From: Magallana gigas
Taxonomy: Eukaryota
Assembly: GCF_963853765.1 (NCBI RefSeq)
Contig: NC_088854.1
Location: 50,778,001-50,842,000 of the forward strand
Length of the DNA: 64,000 nucleotides
Direction: 5' to 3'
The position numbers and the translations under genes were made by a program. Within the stretch, counting starts at the first letter, position 1, and the number at the start of each line of letters is the position of its first letter. Under the pieces are notes generated by a model, which was given only the letters and a program-made list of their open reading frames with translations, did not search any database and had not been told where the DNA came from. Of this stretch, positions 26,205-55,480 are shown piece after piece.

Positions 26205-27006
26205 GGTTGATGTAACTTTGTGAATGCAGGTATTGATCACTGGTAGAAAGACATTTAACAGTTGACATCTAACTGCGCATGTGTCAGAGAAAATCCGACC
26301 GGCAGTACATAGCTATTCCCTAAGAACTAATCAATAATTCATCCAATATGTTCACCTTTGTAAAGGATATTGACACCTTCGATAACGAGTAATAATGAAG
26401 CATTGACTTAATGTTAGAATGAATCAAAAAATGAAAATAAGTCATTTAGCTATTTATTCCAATTACCGCCAATTAAAAAAATGGAACGACTTTACTTTAC
26501 CGGTCCCCATAACGAAGGGCCAAAATCAGTGATGTAATTCTTTTGGATATGTACATTGCATGACTATGTTTGTTTGTTCAAATTTTAAGTTTACAATGTA
26601 ACCACACCTAACAATCGGTTTCAGTCTATGAGCAATGTTATAATCAATAAAATTACATGTTATTGTCATGCCATGTGTAGTCTTGTTCATTGTAAACATA
26701 AACATATGAATTGATAGCATCTTATAAAATCATGTTCTTTGATGTTGTACACCCTACAAAATAGGTACACGTCATTTCGCTTTATCATTTGCATATTTTT
26801 AAATGTAAATCATCACACAAAAATGTGTCGTAATTTCCATCGGGATCGGAGACAAGAACCGTGGGTCGTGCTATTGTTTACATTCGTTACTAAGGTATTG
26901 AAACGTGAAAGTGCGTTGACTTTACAATGCTTATGATCATACAACTTTGAGATCCTGACTGGAGGTTTATGTTGGGACTTTTAAATCTTCGTAATGAAAT
27001 AGAATT

Positions 27007-27014
27007 TATAAAAG
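27007..27014 (+). promoter_or_regulatory. Candidate TATA box of SRCR-ZP gene 1
   Basis: TATAAAAG lies about 110 bp upstream of the ATG at 27121. Confidence 0.4.
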
Positions 27015-27120
27015 GTTCTGTTTAATGCGCATGTGTAGCACTGTTGACAATTCTGAAAGAGTAGGATTATTGATATGATGTTGCAGCGTGTTTCCGTGTT
27101 TTCGTCAAAATATTAACGAG

Positions 27121-33473
<6,353 letters not shown>

Positions 33474-33989
33474 TGATGACGGTTTTATTTGCATTGATAT
33501 TTTTAGGAATAGTTTTGTGATTTGTACATTGAACTTTCTACATTCTATATCCTCTGATTTAGTGGTATTTACCTTTAATTACTGCAGGACAGGTGTTCAT
33601 TTTCTGGCTAGATTGCTAGCGTATTCTAAGTTTACATCTACGTCCATGCCCAATATACACCGAGTCTTGCTTAGAATCATAATCAAACTTCAGACAAAGC
33701 AGAGTTAAGCTTAATACAAATTTTATAAATTATTGTCGTCCTGTTTTAAGAATCTAAACACAAGGCTAAGTTATATAAATGCAAAACATTTGTTCACCAA
33801 ATACGAAATAAAAATCACAATTATGTCTATTTTAGCCTCGCTCAGTTGATAACTCTGATTTGATTTGAACTTATCTTAACGGTACTAATGTACAACTGGA
33901 ATAAAACACACGTTTTTTTTAACTTAGATCGTCTTCCTAATCTTTTACGGTAAACCACTAAGGGTTATTTAGTAGGAGTAATCTTTCTT

Positions 33990-33994
<5 letters not shown>

Positions 33995-34068
<74 letters not shown>
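33995..34068 (+). repeat. (TA)n microsatellite
   Basis: Pure TA run. Confidence 0.95.
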
Positions 34069-34072
<4 letters not shown>

Positions 34073-34380
34073 AATTCATAGCTCTGTAGAAACTGACAGG
34101 ACTGAAATCTCTACAGGCTCCGTTTATCGATTGAACGAAACATTTATCGACCTAGCTAAGAAAAATCCACGACTGCACGAAAGAATCTTGATGATGTCAG
34201 ACTCGACCTTCCAATTTAAGACGACTTAGCTTTTCCGTTTATTTAACGCATTGATGTTCATTACCAATGATTTAGTTAATTTTACTTACGACCAATCCAT
34301 TAATTTATTTAAAGAAGGATATAAATATAAACAATAAAATACTTTCATTGATGATTCATGCGGGTTATAAGCGACCATTG
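34068..34380 (+). repeat. Dispersed repeat; second diverged copy at ~62154-62370
   Basis: Shared blocks: attgtaattca.agc.ctgta.aaactgacaggactga, ctaagaaaaatc..gactgcacga and ttgatgattcatgcgg. Confidence 0.7.
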
Positions 34381-35059
34381 AAGAAGGGCGTGATTTGCTA
34401 TAATTTTATTTTTTTTATTTATTTATTTTTTGCAATGTTGCCACCTTCATACCGTGCATGAATAACCAGAGGAAGCATTTAATTGTTTGATTTGCGCTTA
34501 TCATACACACCCAATTTTGCCCCTCCAATTCATAAGAAAAACAAGTGTTTCTATAGAAACTGACAGAGCTGAAATCCTCACGATCCATTTCAGACATTAA
34601 ATCGATCGGTCGAAAAGAAATCATAGGCAGAGATATAAAAAATATGCGCAAAAAGTGAGATTTAGCGCATTTTCAACAAATCCAATAGGGCCTAAGTACA
34701 TATTATCTAAACTAAGGACAAATTAAACATTACAGGTATTTACCGGATCGGTGAGATGTGTGCAGAACTGCAGACATTTCATCTGTCTTTTTTTTAAACA
34801 GATTTTTTACTGTGTTCTTTTCAGCTTGTTCAACCAGAAATGTTTCTAGTTACTGCATTTTTAATAATCGATCAGTAAATGATTTAGGAAAAAAAGTTTA
34901 TAGAACATGTATATGCAGCATAAATTAAAAAGTCGTACATCGTTCAAACAATACTGGCAACGGTACTTGCTGAATTAAGACGATACATGTAAATGTATTC
35001 GTTATGTTCATTTTTTTTTTTTTTTTTTTTTTTGCTTTCTTGATCAACGCACTATTAGC

Positions 35060-35262
35060 GTAGATTCCTATTTAAACGCGAGAAATTGATATCGGGAGAA
35101 GCGCATTTCGCGAATTTTAAAATCTCGGTTTTTTTTTACATATGTAACCTACATTCAACTATAATAAAAAAATTCGGCATTCGCGATTTTAGGTTCTCGC
35201 AATTTGATGGAAACTGCTGAATCGCGGAATTAAGTACTCGCGTAAAACAAGGAATCTACAGT
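35060..35262. mobile_element. Small TIR MITE (..tagattcc / ggaatctacagta type)
   Basis: tagattcctatttaaacgcgag pairs imperfectly with ctcgcgtaaaacaaggaatcta. Confidence 0.55.
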
Positions 35263-36189
35263 ATGTGGTCTGAATAATGATTTACTATCTTTAAAATAAG
35301 ATTATTTTTTTTATTTGTGATGTAAATATGTTAATATCAATGCGCTGTAAAAAAAAAAAAAAAAAAAAGGTGAAGCTGACACCTAAAATTAATAGCAAAT
35401 TAATAGCAAAAAATCATAGCCAATTTGGAGCATTGAGCGAATATCGGGAAAAATAGAAATACATGTAGTTAATTAAATTTGTGTGCCAATTAAGTATAAT
35501 AAGAGATTATTTGAAATTTAAATTAATATATAAGCTCGACAAATCTATATTCATCTCCATTTACCTCAAGAGCCTTTGAATTTATCTAAAAAAACAATTG
35601 TGCACGATCAATTTCAAATTCGGTTCCAGGGTCTAAACTATCAGCTCCCCCCCCCCCCCCCCCCAATAAAAAGGCATAGGCGTTAATTTCAAATCAATGA
35701 CCAAATTATCTTTATTTGTGACCCAATGCAATATAAAAACAAAAATTTAATTCCTGTTCAACAATATGATTTTTCGAACAGAATTTTCGTAGAAAATATT
35801 TGTATTCAACTTAGGAAGAAAAAAAAAATAGATAGGTTTGCTGCAAGAGTTATTTCCTGTTGATTGCCGAATTGCAAATGAAGAATGCCAGATTCCATCT
35901 TTTACAACCAGTTTAATTTTTCATACTTGGTATTTACAAAAAATTGTTTATTTTTATAGAAATTTTGATAATTCATACGGGTTTCGTTGCATGTTTATCG
36001 TACAGGATATTTTTTTTCCCTTAAGAATCAATATTTTCCGAAGATAATAATTTTTCAATAGTTTACGTCATTTTACGGTGGAAACAAAGTCAACGAACAC
36101 TACATCCAATAAAAATTTCCTTTAAAGTAGGCACATAAAAGCTTTTAAGAAATTGCGCGTTAACCGTTTGCAAAATCCCACAAACCCAT

Positions 36190-37000
36190 TCAGTAATACA
36201 ACGACAATAACATCTATACCTACCGCAACAAGAACACAAAAACTATATAACCTCAACAAAAATTAATATTTCAACACAGAGACCTACTAAATACTAAATA
36301 GGCAACAGCAAGAACATAGAGATCTGCCACATAGACAACAACAACAACGTAGAGACCTGCCACATAGACAACAACAACAACAACGCAGAGACCTGCCAAA
36401 TAAATCAGCTTTGAAATTCAAACATGTTCCTATATATTTATAAATACAGAGTTTCTCGTCTAAAAGAGGTGTATAGCCTTAAAAATGGCCACAACCATCG
36501 AACCCTCTTGGCCACTTACACAAATGTTACAGTTCAAAAACCAACGCCAAATCTGGCAACGACAGTGAAAGTTTACACAATGACAGTTTTTCCAGCACGT
36601 GATGACAACTTCGAAATTCAGGGAACCCTATCAAATGTGATCACCCTATCTCTTCCAGTTTGTCTGGTAGAGGCACGAAGCAGCGCAGCGTGGGAAGGGG
36701 GATGCCTCCCCCTTCCCACCTTTTTCTCACAGCAAATATTTTTTTTAATTTGCATACGAAAAAAAACGGATTATAAAAGAGCTGTTCCATCCCACTTTTT
36801 GAAATTAATAAAATTAATAATTGAAATAACAGAATTAAATCTAAAGGTACATGTATAAAATTGAAGTTCTGAATACAACGCACTGCTCCCCCTCCTTTCT
36901 CATTCCCCATCCTACGGATTTTAAATTTTGAACACTCGAGAATTTGGTCTGTATTTGTTAATTGTCGTTTTTAAGTTTTATCTTTTATTATCCATCATTT
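36190..37000 (+). pseudogene. Decayed copy of the Thr-rich terminal exon of the SRCR-ZP gene, interrupted by an insertion at ~36670-36905
   Basis: Reads TTTT*RPAT*TTTTTTQRP (CAG>TAG relative to TTTTQRP), QKPTPN..TVFPA and DHPISSSLS, versus QKPKPN..TVVPT and DYPISSGLS in 32932-33473. Confidence 0.7.
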
Positions 37001-38840
37001 GATTTGAATTATTTTACTCAAAGTTTAGAATTAAGCAACTGGTAAGTTGGCATTGTACTTCTTTTAAATGGCCCTAGTAAACTTCGGTAGAGGGAAACTT
37101 CATCGTTTCGTCTAAATAAGGTTCTTGTGGACAAAAACAATAATTTAAGGAATTCACTTAATTTACATGTACATGAATGAACGAAAAGAAAGACACAGTG
37201 ATGTTTGATATGTTCAACTGTCAAATATAGTCTTTGGTTGTTAGGCAATTTAAGTGTGGCCATAATTCCAAGAAAAACACGACTTGTCATAAGTTAACTT
37301 GATTAAATGTTTATTAAATCAAGATGAAAGGAAAATAAAAATATCATTTTTTGGTTTCATTTTTTTATTATACAAGTTGAATTAGAAATAGTAATCAAAG
37401 TTTAGCATCTAACAAGGACTATATTTTTGGCGGAACATTGGCGTATGAAAATATCGCATGCTTTTGCAATTTAGAATTTCTGTAGATTCATGAGTTTATT
37501 TATCATTTTTAAAACAATAACATTAATGTTGGATTTTTTAACTCATGTGAACCACTGATATGGTACTTTGGTTTCAAAATGTATTTTTAAATTTGATGTG
37601 CCTATCATGTTACATTTCCATAAGCTTTTATTAACCGCTTATTCTATGAAAGGTTTGTGTGAAAAAATCACTTAAATCAGATTTTCTCTCTTACTAAATG
37701 GCTGATATATAAGCTTCTCTGTCCATTTATATCTTTGTGTAAGATCTTCACTATGTGTTCTAATAAAAAAATGTTACATTGGAAGCAGAGAAAAATAATT
37801 AAAATATCTGCAAAAGTTCAGAAAATTAGAGGAAATGCGGGCTAAGCAATAACAATTTTAGTTTAAATATTTGTTCCAATTAACGTGAGTAGTATGAGCT
37901 GATAGACATTCTGATATTTTACGTTTTATTGAAGATTAGAAACGTTATATATTAAACAGATATCTACATAAGTGCAGATAATTACATTTATTCTTCTTAT
38001 CCTTTTATTTCAGAAAAAAGGAAGTGAACCTAGACCTGACCTGTCATTTGGTTATATGATTTGTTTGACTGTGTACAAAAAATCTGGAATTTTTTTTTTA
38101 TAAGAAGTATGTCTGATAACGAGAAGACTCCTTCCTTTACGAGTTTTACTTTTTCTGAAATACAATGCAACTTATACCTTCGTGTCCAAATTACCACTAG
38201 AGACATCTTTGGATTAAAGGTTATATCGCACAGGTATAAAAAAAAATTGCATTAAAATTAAACTCAAGTAGAATAGCTCAAGAAGCTTAAATCAAACTGA
38301 TAAATGAAAAATGTTAAACTTTAAAAAAAAAAGAAAAAGGAAATTGTAGCACAGAGGAAATTACTTACTAGTACATCAAAATCAGTTTTGTCATTGACCT
38401 ATTTCCATCATTCTTGTCTGTGATTTATTGTGTAGGAGAGGAGAGGAGTCTGCTTTAGTGTCTAACCGCTGCTAAGATATCCAATGTACAACGAGTGAAG
38501 TGGCATATTCTGTTGAGGAGTTGTAAATTACTATGTTTATAGTAACTCTGAAATGAGATAAGGTTATGCAATAATATGGACATAGTAGAAGTTAAATCTG
38601 TTATTTGCATTCGCGTCAGAAGAGTTTTTAACAGTATTTTAAAATCGTAGAGTGATAAATTCTGAATAGCCTTTAAAATATAAACTGCGTACATGGTTTT
38701 CAGCTTGAGGTACAATTTCATTGTCTCCCTAATATCCATAGTAATAACTTCATCTTATAATTGCAAATTCTGAAATGAAAAAGAAAAACATACTGTTATC
38801 ACACAATTAATATTGTTATATATGAAAACCCGAGATTTAA

Positions 38841-39330
38841 AGGGGCATGGTCACGATTTTGGTTAATTCTCTTTTTCTGTTTTTATTATTTGCCATGCTC
38901 TAGGAATGCATTCATGATAATCATATGAAATTTGAGAGTCAGTCGTAGAGTTATAATAAGCAAGATACAGAGCTCACAATTCTTTGTTATGTAAACATGT
39001 AAACAAGACTCGTGCCCTGTTTTTGTTTACACAGGTTCAATATACCAGTAAAAAGTCTTTTTCACGCTGATTTGTATATCGTTTTATTCATTTAAGCATA
39101 AATAAACTGTTTCTAACCTTTTACACATTCATTTTAGGTCCAAACTGGAATATTCACTTCAACATTCAAAATGTAAACCAAAAGCTTTGTTTACATAGCG
39201 AAAAATTTTAAGCTCTGTAACTCGCCTATAGCTAAAAAAATTTTTGGTTGACTACTTAAAATACCTCAATTAAGTTGTATACATTAAAATCGAAAAAATA
39301 TTTTTCGACAAAAATCGTGACCATGCCCCT
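38841..39330. mobile_element. TTAA-type (Kolobok-like) MITE, 490 bp
   Basis: TIR aggggcatggtcacgatttt, with TTAA on the left and TTCA on the right. A partial right-end copy flanked by TTAA ends near 40510. Confidence 0.8.
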
Positions 39331-41473
39331 TTCAGTCTTGTTGTCATAAATAAAGAACGAGTTATGGTGACAGTTGAAGCAAAATAAACGAGTTTAATAT
39401 ATCTATATTTGGGACGTGTCTACAGCTATATACTTTGATGCCGTATGGCATAGGCGTCAGAACCAGGAGGCTAGGGGCTAAGCCCCCCCCCCCCTACTTT
39501 TTTTTGCAAAGTTATATATAACCATAACCGAAGACCATTTTTTTGGGCTTGTCAAGATTTTTGATAAGTCTAGCCCCCCCCCCCACTCCCCTTTCAATTT
39601 GCTTCCGACGCCACTCTGTGGTATGTCGTACATCCATACGACATTTCTCATTTCTTTGAAGTTGGTAAAATTATTTAATTTGTTCAAAGGTAAGACAATT
39701 CCATGACATTAAACATCCTGTCCAGTAATTAACACAACAGGTTCAATAATAATTTTAAAATATGAAAATAAGAAAGTGGTTTTAGCGAGTGTAAAAATGA
39801 TGGCATTATATAGAAATGGGAAACTTTTACGAAAAAAATTAATTGCAAGTCATTAAGTTTCTACTGGAATTGCAATATGTGTAGTGTTTATTTCTAGCAT
39901 TCTTTGTTGTTTAATTGCTCAATATATTTTAATGATATTTTAAAAATATTAGTATTTTAATTATTGTAGAATATAAAAACATGATAACACAATTTAAAAC
40001 ACAGATGGATAACATTTAGGGTAGGCATACAAACAAGTTAATACAAAGTTATATTACTAAATTATATAAATAAAATTATATACATGTAAATGAAAATAAT
40101 TTACTAGAAATTAAAAAAAAACAGAATAGAAATTTAGGTATACAAAAACATCGCTATAAACCAAATTATCCAATAAAATAGCGATAACAGTTGATTATGT
40201 TTGACAAATTTTATCACAGCCACTCCACTGACAAGGTTGACCTGTTCTTGTTTGGAGAGTTGGATATCCTTAAGATGAGTCAACATATGGAAGTGCACTA
40301 ATGAACAGAGTCATCTTTGTTACCGTTATCGTTCAAACAAGGTATGGGGCAAACATGAATAACTTTGTTTACATAGCAAAGAATTGTAAGCTCTGTATTT
40401 CGCCTATAACTCAAAAATGTGGTTGCCTATTAAAATACCTCAAAAAAGTTGTATACATAAAAATCGAAAAATTATATTTTTGGACAAAAATCGTGACCAT
40501 GCCTCTTTAAGTCAGTCTTGTTGTCATAAATAAAAAACGAGTTGAAGGAAAATAACATGGTCTAAACGTGTTTAATATATGTTTGTGGCGTGTCTACAGC
40601 TATATACTTTGATGCCGTGTGTGGCATATATGTCAGAACCAGGAGGCTAGGGGCTTAGCCCCCCCCCCCCCCTCTACTTTTTTTTTGCAATGTTATATAT
40701 AACCATAACCGAAGACCAATTTGTTTGGCTTGTCCAGATTTTTGATAAGTTTAGCCCCCCACTTTCAATTTGCTTCCGACGCCACTCTGTGGTATGCCGT
40801 ACATCTATAGAATTTTTCATGACATTTCTCATTTCTTTGAAGTTTGCAAAATTATTTAATTTGTTCAAATATGAAAATAAGAGAGTGGTTTTAGCGAGCG
40901 TAAATGATGACATTATAAAGAAATGGGAAACTTTTACAAAAGTTTTTAATTGCATGTCATTAAGTTTCTACTGGAATTGCAATATGTGTAGTGTTTGATT
41001 TCAGGCATTCTTTGATTGTTTTTTAATTGCTCAATATATCTTAATGGTATTTAAAAATATTAGTATTCTAATTATTGTAGAATATAAAAACATGATAACA
41101 CAATGAAAAACACATATGAATAACATTTAGGGTAGACATACAAACAAGTTAATACAAAGTTATATTACTAAATTATATAAATAAAATTATATAAATGAAA
41201 ATAATTCACTAGAAATGAAAAAAAAAACCAGAATAGAAATTTTAGCTATACAAAAAAATCACTATAAGCCAAATTATCCAATAAAATAGCGATAACAGTT
41301 GATTATGTTTGACAATGTTTATCACAGCCACTCCACTGACAAGGTTGACCTGCTCTTGTTTGGAGAGTTGGATATCCTTAAGATGAGTCAACATATGGAA
41401 GTGCACTAATGAACAGAGTCACCTTTGTTTCCGTTATCTTTCATACAAGGTATGGGGCAAACATGAGTAACTT
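39184..41473 (+). repeat. Tandem duplication of a ~1.15-kb unit (39184-40364 and 40362-41473)
   Basis: The units are collinear: MITE right end, a GGCGTC..GACGCC C-rich element, an AT-rich block and the block cacagccactccactgac..ggtatggggcaaacatga. Confidence 0.9.
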
Positions 41474-43375
41474 GATAGATAAATAATGCATTGTAACATT
41501 AACCTCAAAATAAAATCAAAGTACTGAAGTACTGGCGGAAGTTGATTTAATCAGTTATTAATTATTTTAGAATTCAAGGATTTGTAATTTCGCATGGCAA
41601 GTGCTTTCTTAGCTTCATTTGAATAATTACGCACATTTTTTCTGAAATGAACTCTCGGGCCTTTCCTACAAGATTTCAAGCTATAGCCGGAAACCCCACA
41701 AGAATCACATTGTGTGATATTTAAAGATAAATTTAACACCATCAAACCTAAAGATGCATTAATTTTCAGTAATCGAAATATTTATCGAAAATTGTATCCA
41801 AGCAATTTTAAACAAAGAAATTATAAGTCTTGTCTAATCAGTATTGGTTTTATCTTTTATTTGATGATATTCCATTCATTCCAAACGCTACAACTGTAAA
41901 TATATGGGCGTTTTGGTAATATAATCGAACTATGGCGTAGGAATACATACGAATACAAAAATATCTAAATTGTTCGTACTATATACAATATTACTACTTT
42001 CAAGGTATTTATAAATAAGTTTATTTGAAGAAAACAGTGCTTCTAAATACATCGATTACATTGTATCTTCAAAAAACTAATCTTATCAGCTTATCAGCGG
42101 TAATGATTTGTGCTTAGGTTGAGACACTGTTTCACTTCCGTTTTACCGATGTAACTGCAGAGCAGAGTTGATTAAAATCAACTTCCAATAAACGATTGAA
42201 GAAGTCGGAAAAGTCGGAAGGCAAGATTAAGATTGTTTAAAATTAATGACATACCCCAATGCGTCATCGAAAAAAACCCAATACTGATAATCTAAACAAA
42301 ACATACTTGGTTTGTTTTAACGATCTATCTAGATATTCTTTAAAATACCTTATTGTGAATTGTCTCCCTTTTTGTGTTTATATGTTTTAGGGTAAATTGT
42401 CATTCTAAATTCCAAAACAAGTTCGTAAGCAACGTTTGGAATGCAGAATAAATAAATAACGACTTTTAAACATTTACCGATATTCAATGTACTAAGTTTA
42501 ATGAACTAGAATGTATTCCCTCACAAAGTGTTTAAAGGATCACCGGGATATAATCTTGGTTGGTCACGTGATCAAATCCCATGAAGACGAAAGTCTTTTC
42601 AGAGGAATTGATCACATACCAATCCAATCATATTGAAGTGATATTGTATGCCAAAACACAACACCCACCTCCGCCCCGTCTGGGGCTTGGACTCACAACC
42701 TCTGGAACCCACTCTCCTTGCAGTTAGCGTCCATCGCGCTAATTACTCGACCATATAGGCAAGACACACACAGATATCATATGTTCGTGAAGCAAACGAG
42801 AGTTGCATTCACAGCTCTCAGTAAAATACACATAACCCATTTCGGAAACGTTTGATATATTGCAATAGTATCCATGTATTGGACAGTTCTACTGCAACAT
42901 TCATGACAACGAATACTGAAATTGCCTGTTCAAGAAACTTTAGCTGACATCTTTGACACAAATATGCAAATAAATTTTGATAATAAAATGTATAATATAA
43001 TACATTTGTACAACAACGTTTTAAAATTTTCATATTTGAATTATCAAATTACAGCAAACTAAGAGCAATATTTAAAGTAAAAAGAAATATTTACGTATAA
43101 ACAGTGTATTCTGAGAAGCCTGTAGTATATGATCCATCGGCGCCCACTTTCCAGTACTTGTTTGAGCTTGCCCTAACGGATAGGGGATAAATCGCTCTTG
43201 TTTCAAACCGTTACTAAGAAAGTACAAGATAGTGCGTCAGCACATAATTCAGAAATCCAGACTATGTTGGGACATTTAAATCCCAAATTTTGAATGCGCA
43301 TCTGCAGGTTTGTGGACATCTTTCTAAAAACATAAGACTGATTGATGACCCAGCGCAACAAACAACATCGAGAAA

Positions 43376-52309
<8,934 letters not shown>

Positions 52310-52832
52310 GCAAGAGATCAATATTTTAAATTTTAGGTATTGAAAACTGCTTTTGGAAAGTTTTCTCTCTTCTTTCTGTAAGTGTTGACTTTTTTTTTTT
52401 CTTTTCTATGCATAGATTTATTTTTTTCTTTTAGGAATAGTTGCTAGGTTCACTTTTTTTTTCAATCTAAATTTCAAGCAGTCTTCGAGATGTCAGCATT
52501 ATTAATCAAACAAAAAAACCCGTTTTAAATCATCAATTGGCAGCACTTAAATACTTCACTGTTTAAATATTGATGTATTTTAGTGCTTTATTAGTCATAA
52601 ACGGATTTCCACGAGCCTTTTGCGCATATTGTAAAGATGAGGGGGCAAAACTTATCCTTAAACATACATTTAGTGGGGTGAGACACTTAGCGCGCCTTAC
52701 TCTAAATTCAGTAAACTCGTATCTTTAAATTAATCCTACTTATCATTTTTACGAAATTCTTATATATTTATGAAAACAATACTGCAAAAACATGTACTTC
52801 AAAATTTTTCTGAACACACAAAATGCCCTTAT

Positions 52833-53193
52833 ATAAATAGTGCCTGTTTGGGAGGGTAACTGTTGAAATTGGCATCCTGAGAAAACCATTGTCAACCGAC
52901 GCGAAGCGGAGGTTGACAATGGTTTTCGAGGGGTGTCAATTTCAACAGTTACCCTCCCTAACAGGCACTATTTATTTTATCATACTGAATGTCTTATTTT
53001 TAAAGAAAATTTTACTGCTTTTTTATAGACATAAAGTAAATTCTACGGCGAACTGTACACGCATAATTTACGCGCATGTAACAATTCGTTGTGATACCCG
53101 TTGCCAAGTGTGTTGCTAACGCAGAGGGTAATAGAACCGATTACCAACTGCGTCTAAACCAATCATATTTCAGTATTTAACATGAAAGTATAA
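52833..53193 (+). mobile_element. Second copy of the 20690-21049 palindrome-headed element
   Basis: Palindrome 52833-52975 with apex aaccgacgcgaagcggaggtt. The body ends aaccaatcatatttcagtatttaacatgaaagtataa. Confidence 0.85.
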
Positions 53194-53249
53194 TAATAAA
53201 TAATATCACACTTATTGAAATCAACGTACATGTTCTACTGCATAAAGAA

Positions 53250-53650
53250 TATGTACTAAGAAAGAACCAACTCGGATACAACATCACAGAAACCAACTAC
53301 ACCTTAGATAAAGCTAACACAAGATGTGTCCTTATACCATCACAACACTGGAAAACCCCTTTTCTAACAACGTTAACAACAAAACTATGCAGCTTAGAAT
53401 AAAAGAACAGAAATATCTTGAATAAAGAATAGTGACTGTCTTTGCAGCATAAGAAAAAGGAACAGAAACTGTCAATGAACAGATTTTCGGATGATCTGTT
53501 TCTACCAGGCATTCTGGTAAATAGAAAAAATAATATATCACATTGTTACAGAAGCTTTTATCTTTTTAGTTTATGTACATTTATTTATTTGTTATTACTG
53601 TTTAATTTATATAATTCAAGAAATATCATTATTGTCTATTCTTTTTAATA
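53250..53650 (+). pseudogene. Possible second decayed terminal-exon copy downstream of paralogue 2
   Basis: Broken frames give TTSQKPTTP*, IVTVFAA* and NRFSDDLFLPG followed by a hydrophobic tail (LFSLCTFIYLLLLFNL). These resemble QKP, VTVVPT, NKFSDYPISSG and LFNFILCQFSLFNL of paralogue 1. Confidence 0.45.
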
Positions 53651-55480
53651 TATACATGTATAACTTATATTGAAATTGTGTGAAATATGCTTCATAATAT
53701 CGAAATCATCGTGATTTGTAATTTAAAATATTTTTCTGTGTACTTTCTTTCTTGGTTGAATTATACGTCTTCCAATTTGCAAATATCCGATAGATTGTTA
53801 AGGTTACCTGAATTTACGATCAATCAATAAAAAGATAACACCTACGAAACTATTCAGGTTTTTGTTCAAGTGTTTGCTCTCAAGAGTTACGTCTGAATCT
53901 ACAATCCAAAGCAGAAAAGACAGCAAATCTAGTATCATGGTGATGTTCTGATTCATAAAACATATAAAGGTGGTCATATGACTGAAATACCCGGCGCATG
54001 AAACCTCAATCCCTCTATCCCAGGTAAGTTTTGAGTGAAACCATTACTCCTAGTGCTCAATCTGGCATGTGTATGCTTCATAAAATGAATATTTTTTCAA
54101 CTTCTGAGTACAAATTGGAAAGGATTTATTTATAAAATAATATAATAATTGTAATATGCAATGTCACAAACATTCTCAATATATCAATTGCAATATAATC
54201 GTTTTAAATAAAGTAAATGGTTTTCAATACATCAATAAATTACCAACATAACAAGCATGGTTACTAGCGAACAGAGAATTATTGCGTGATTACATAACAT
54301 TCCATTTTACCTTTCGCTTTAGATTCCGAAATAGGTATATCTCAGGGTTAATCAAGGTCCTCTGGATATTGGTCAAGGGTACTGTCTTTCCACAAATTTA
54401 TTCAAAAATTATATTTGTTGTTAATATGACTACTTCCTCCATTAATGTATCTCAATATATGACCATTTCTCTTAGCATTGCACTGATGAAATGCATACCA
54501 CGGGTTGTCTTTGTAATGTACAACAGTGATAACTATAAAGGCAATTTCATATATAATTTTACGGTTTTACCACACTGAACAAAAGTGTTAATTTGTTCAA
54601 TTATATAAAGGTTGACTTTTCAGTTTAAAAAAAAAGTTATAACAAGCATTTCTGATAATAACCAATCAAAAAAAGTGGTTGTAAACAGAATATATTCGAC
54701 AAATCTATGTAAAACTCCAACTCTAAATTATTTCGAAACTCCTTTTTACATTAAGATTGACATACCCATGAACAAATATTTTTTTCTTAAAAATTCTTCA
54801 AAGAGATAATATTTTATATACTGCAGGGGTTTAGATACTAAATTCATAGCGTAAAAATTATATTCTAGGAAGTTTAGAAAAAGACAGGACAGGTTAAATA
54901 GTAATGATATAAATTCATGACGTTTTATCTCCCATACTTTCTCTGTTACATGTATAAATAAAATAAACCCACGTTTTGCATTAAAACCACTCATTGCATA
55001 CACGTACAAAGGCTTTTTACGCATCTATATTTACGGTGACTGTTCATATGTATGTCAACAGTGTACACATCTATACCTGTTAGTATAACTTTAATATGTC
55101 TTCACAGTGTGTTTTAATATATTCAATGACAAATTTATAAATCTATGTACAGTGCATACTGCTGACCAAGGTAAATATACATGTACATGTATGTCTACAC
55201 GTGCATATGTAGGTACAATTAGGAACATTGTTTATCACATTATGATAATAAATAGTGGGTACCCATTCACACATACACATAGCATCAGTGTCGTAGGTGA
55301 TTTGGTTTACAATAAAATGGCGTTCATATTTACTCCGGTTACCCCTACCACACATACTCGTGCTTTCAATGTCATGTTGCTCTGGTTTTGGAATAAAGAT
55401 GTGGGAATTAGAACAATGATCTCAATGGGTTTGCATTCGTTGTCTTGCATCACGAATGTCTGACGGTGCCTCCCCGGGGG

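Noticed and set aside
36424-36858. 144-aa ORF as an independent gene
   Set aside because: It is a chimera of AT-rich sequence, the decayed stalk exon and an inserted repeat.
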